Shown piece after piece: positions 51,600 to 51,685 of a stretch of DNA of 51,685 nucleotides. The translations under genes and the position numbers were made by a program. The stretch covers positions 1-51,685 of the forward strand of contig CAOKNG010000005.1 of the NCBI GenBank assembly GCA_948470025.1, in the 5' to 3' direction. The notes below the pieces were generated by a model that worked only from the letters and a program-made list of their open reading frames with translations, ran no database searches and had not been told where the DNA came from. Every line of letters begins with the position of its first letter. The stretch's first letter is position 1. This DNA is from an uncultured Clostridium sp. Its GTDB lineage: Bacteria; Bacillota; Clostridia; TANB77; CAG-508.

Positions 51600-51685
51600 G
51601 CTGCCTCCATGGGGCTCTTTTTTATTTTTGCAAAATTCACCAAAAATTCACAAAAAACTTACTCTAATTGGTTTACATATTGTCG

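Overview
This is a low-GC, Clostridia-like chromosomal window. The lineage is inferred from gene content, sigma-A/sigma-E promoters and Firmicute LexA boxes. It carries housekeeping genes (rubrerythrin, secA, mgtA, dinB, folD, dprA, a class A PBP, cysS, ftsH, rpiA, ruvB, queH, polA, a lytic transglycosylase, galE), an MNT-HEPN toxin-antitoxin pair and a cell-wall glycan cluster. A decayed ICE-like island at about 37.3-46.75 kb holds parA/parB, a chimeric adhesin-helicase-lectin ORF, a diversity-generating retroelement remnant (target with VR-like end, avd, truncated RT, no TR seen) and a rhuM pseudogene. The main observation is that nine genes, including polA, folD, galE, dprA and mgtA (twice), are interrupted by ten +1 frameshifts, and every one falls on an in-frame CGG codon. 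Skipping the C restores a GGN glycine codon, often an invariant motif glycine, and a full-length protein. By manual scan, no conserved housekeeping gene here uses CGG as an ordinary in-frame codon. This points to a genome-wide recoding rule (CGGN read as one Gly, by +1 frameshifting or quadruplet decoding). A systematic sequencing artefact still has to be excluded, and four in-frame CGGs in poorly conserved or foreign-looking ORFs are exceptions. Also present are a six-copy intergenic double-hairpin repeat with compensatory changes, a 69-bp palindromic in-frame insertion in a membrane protein gene, and GTAG-type REPs.
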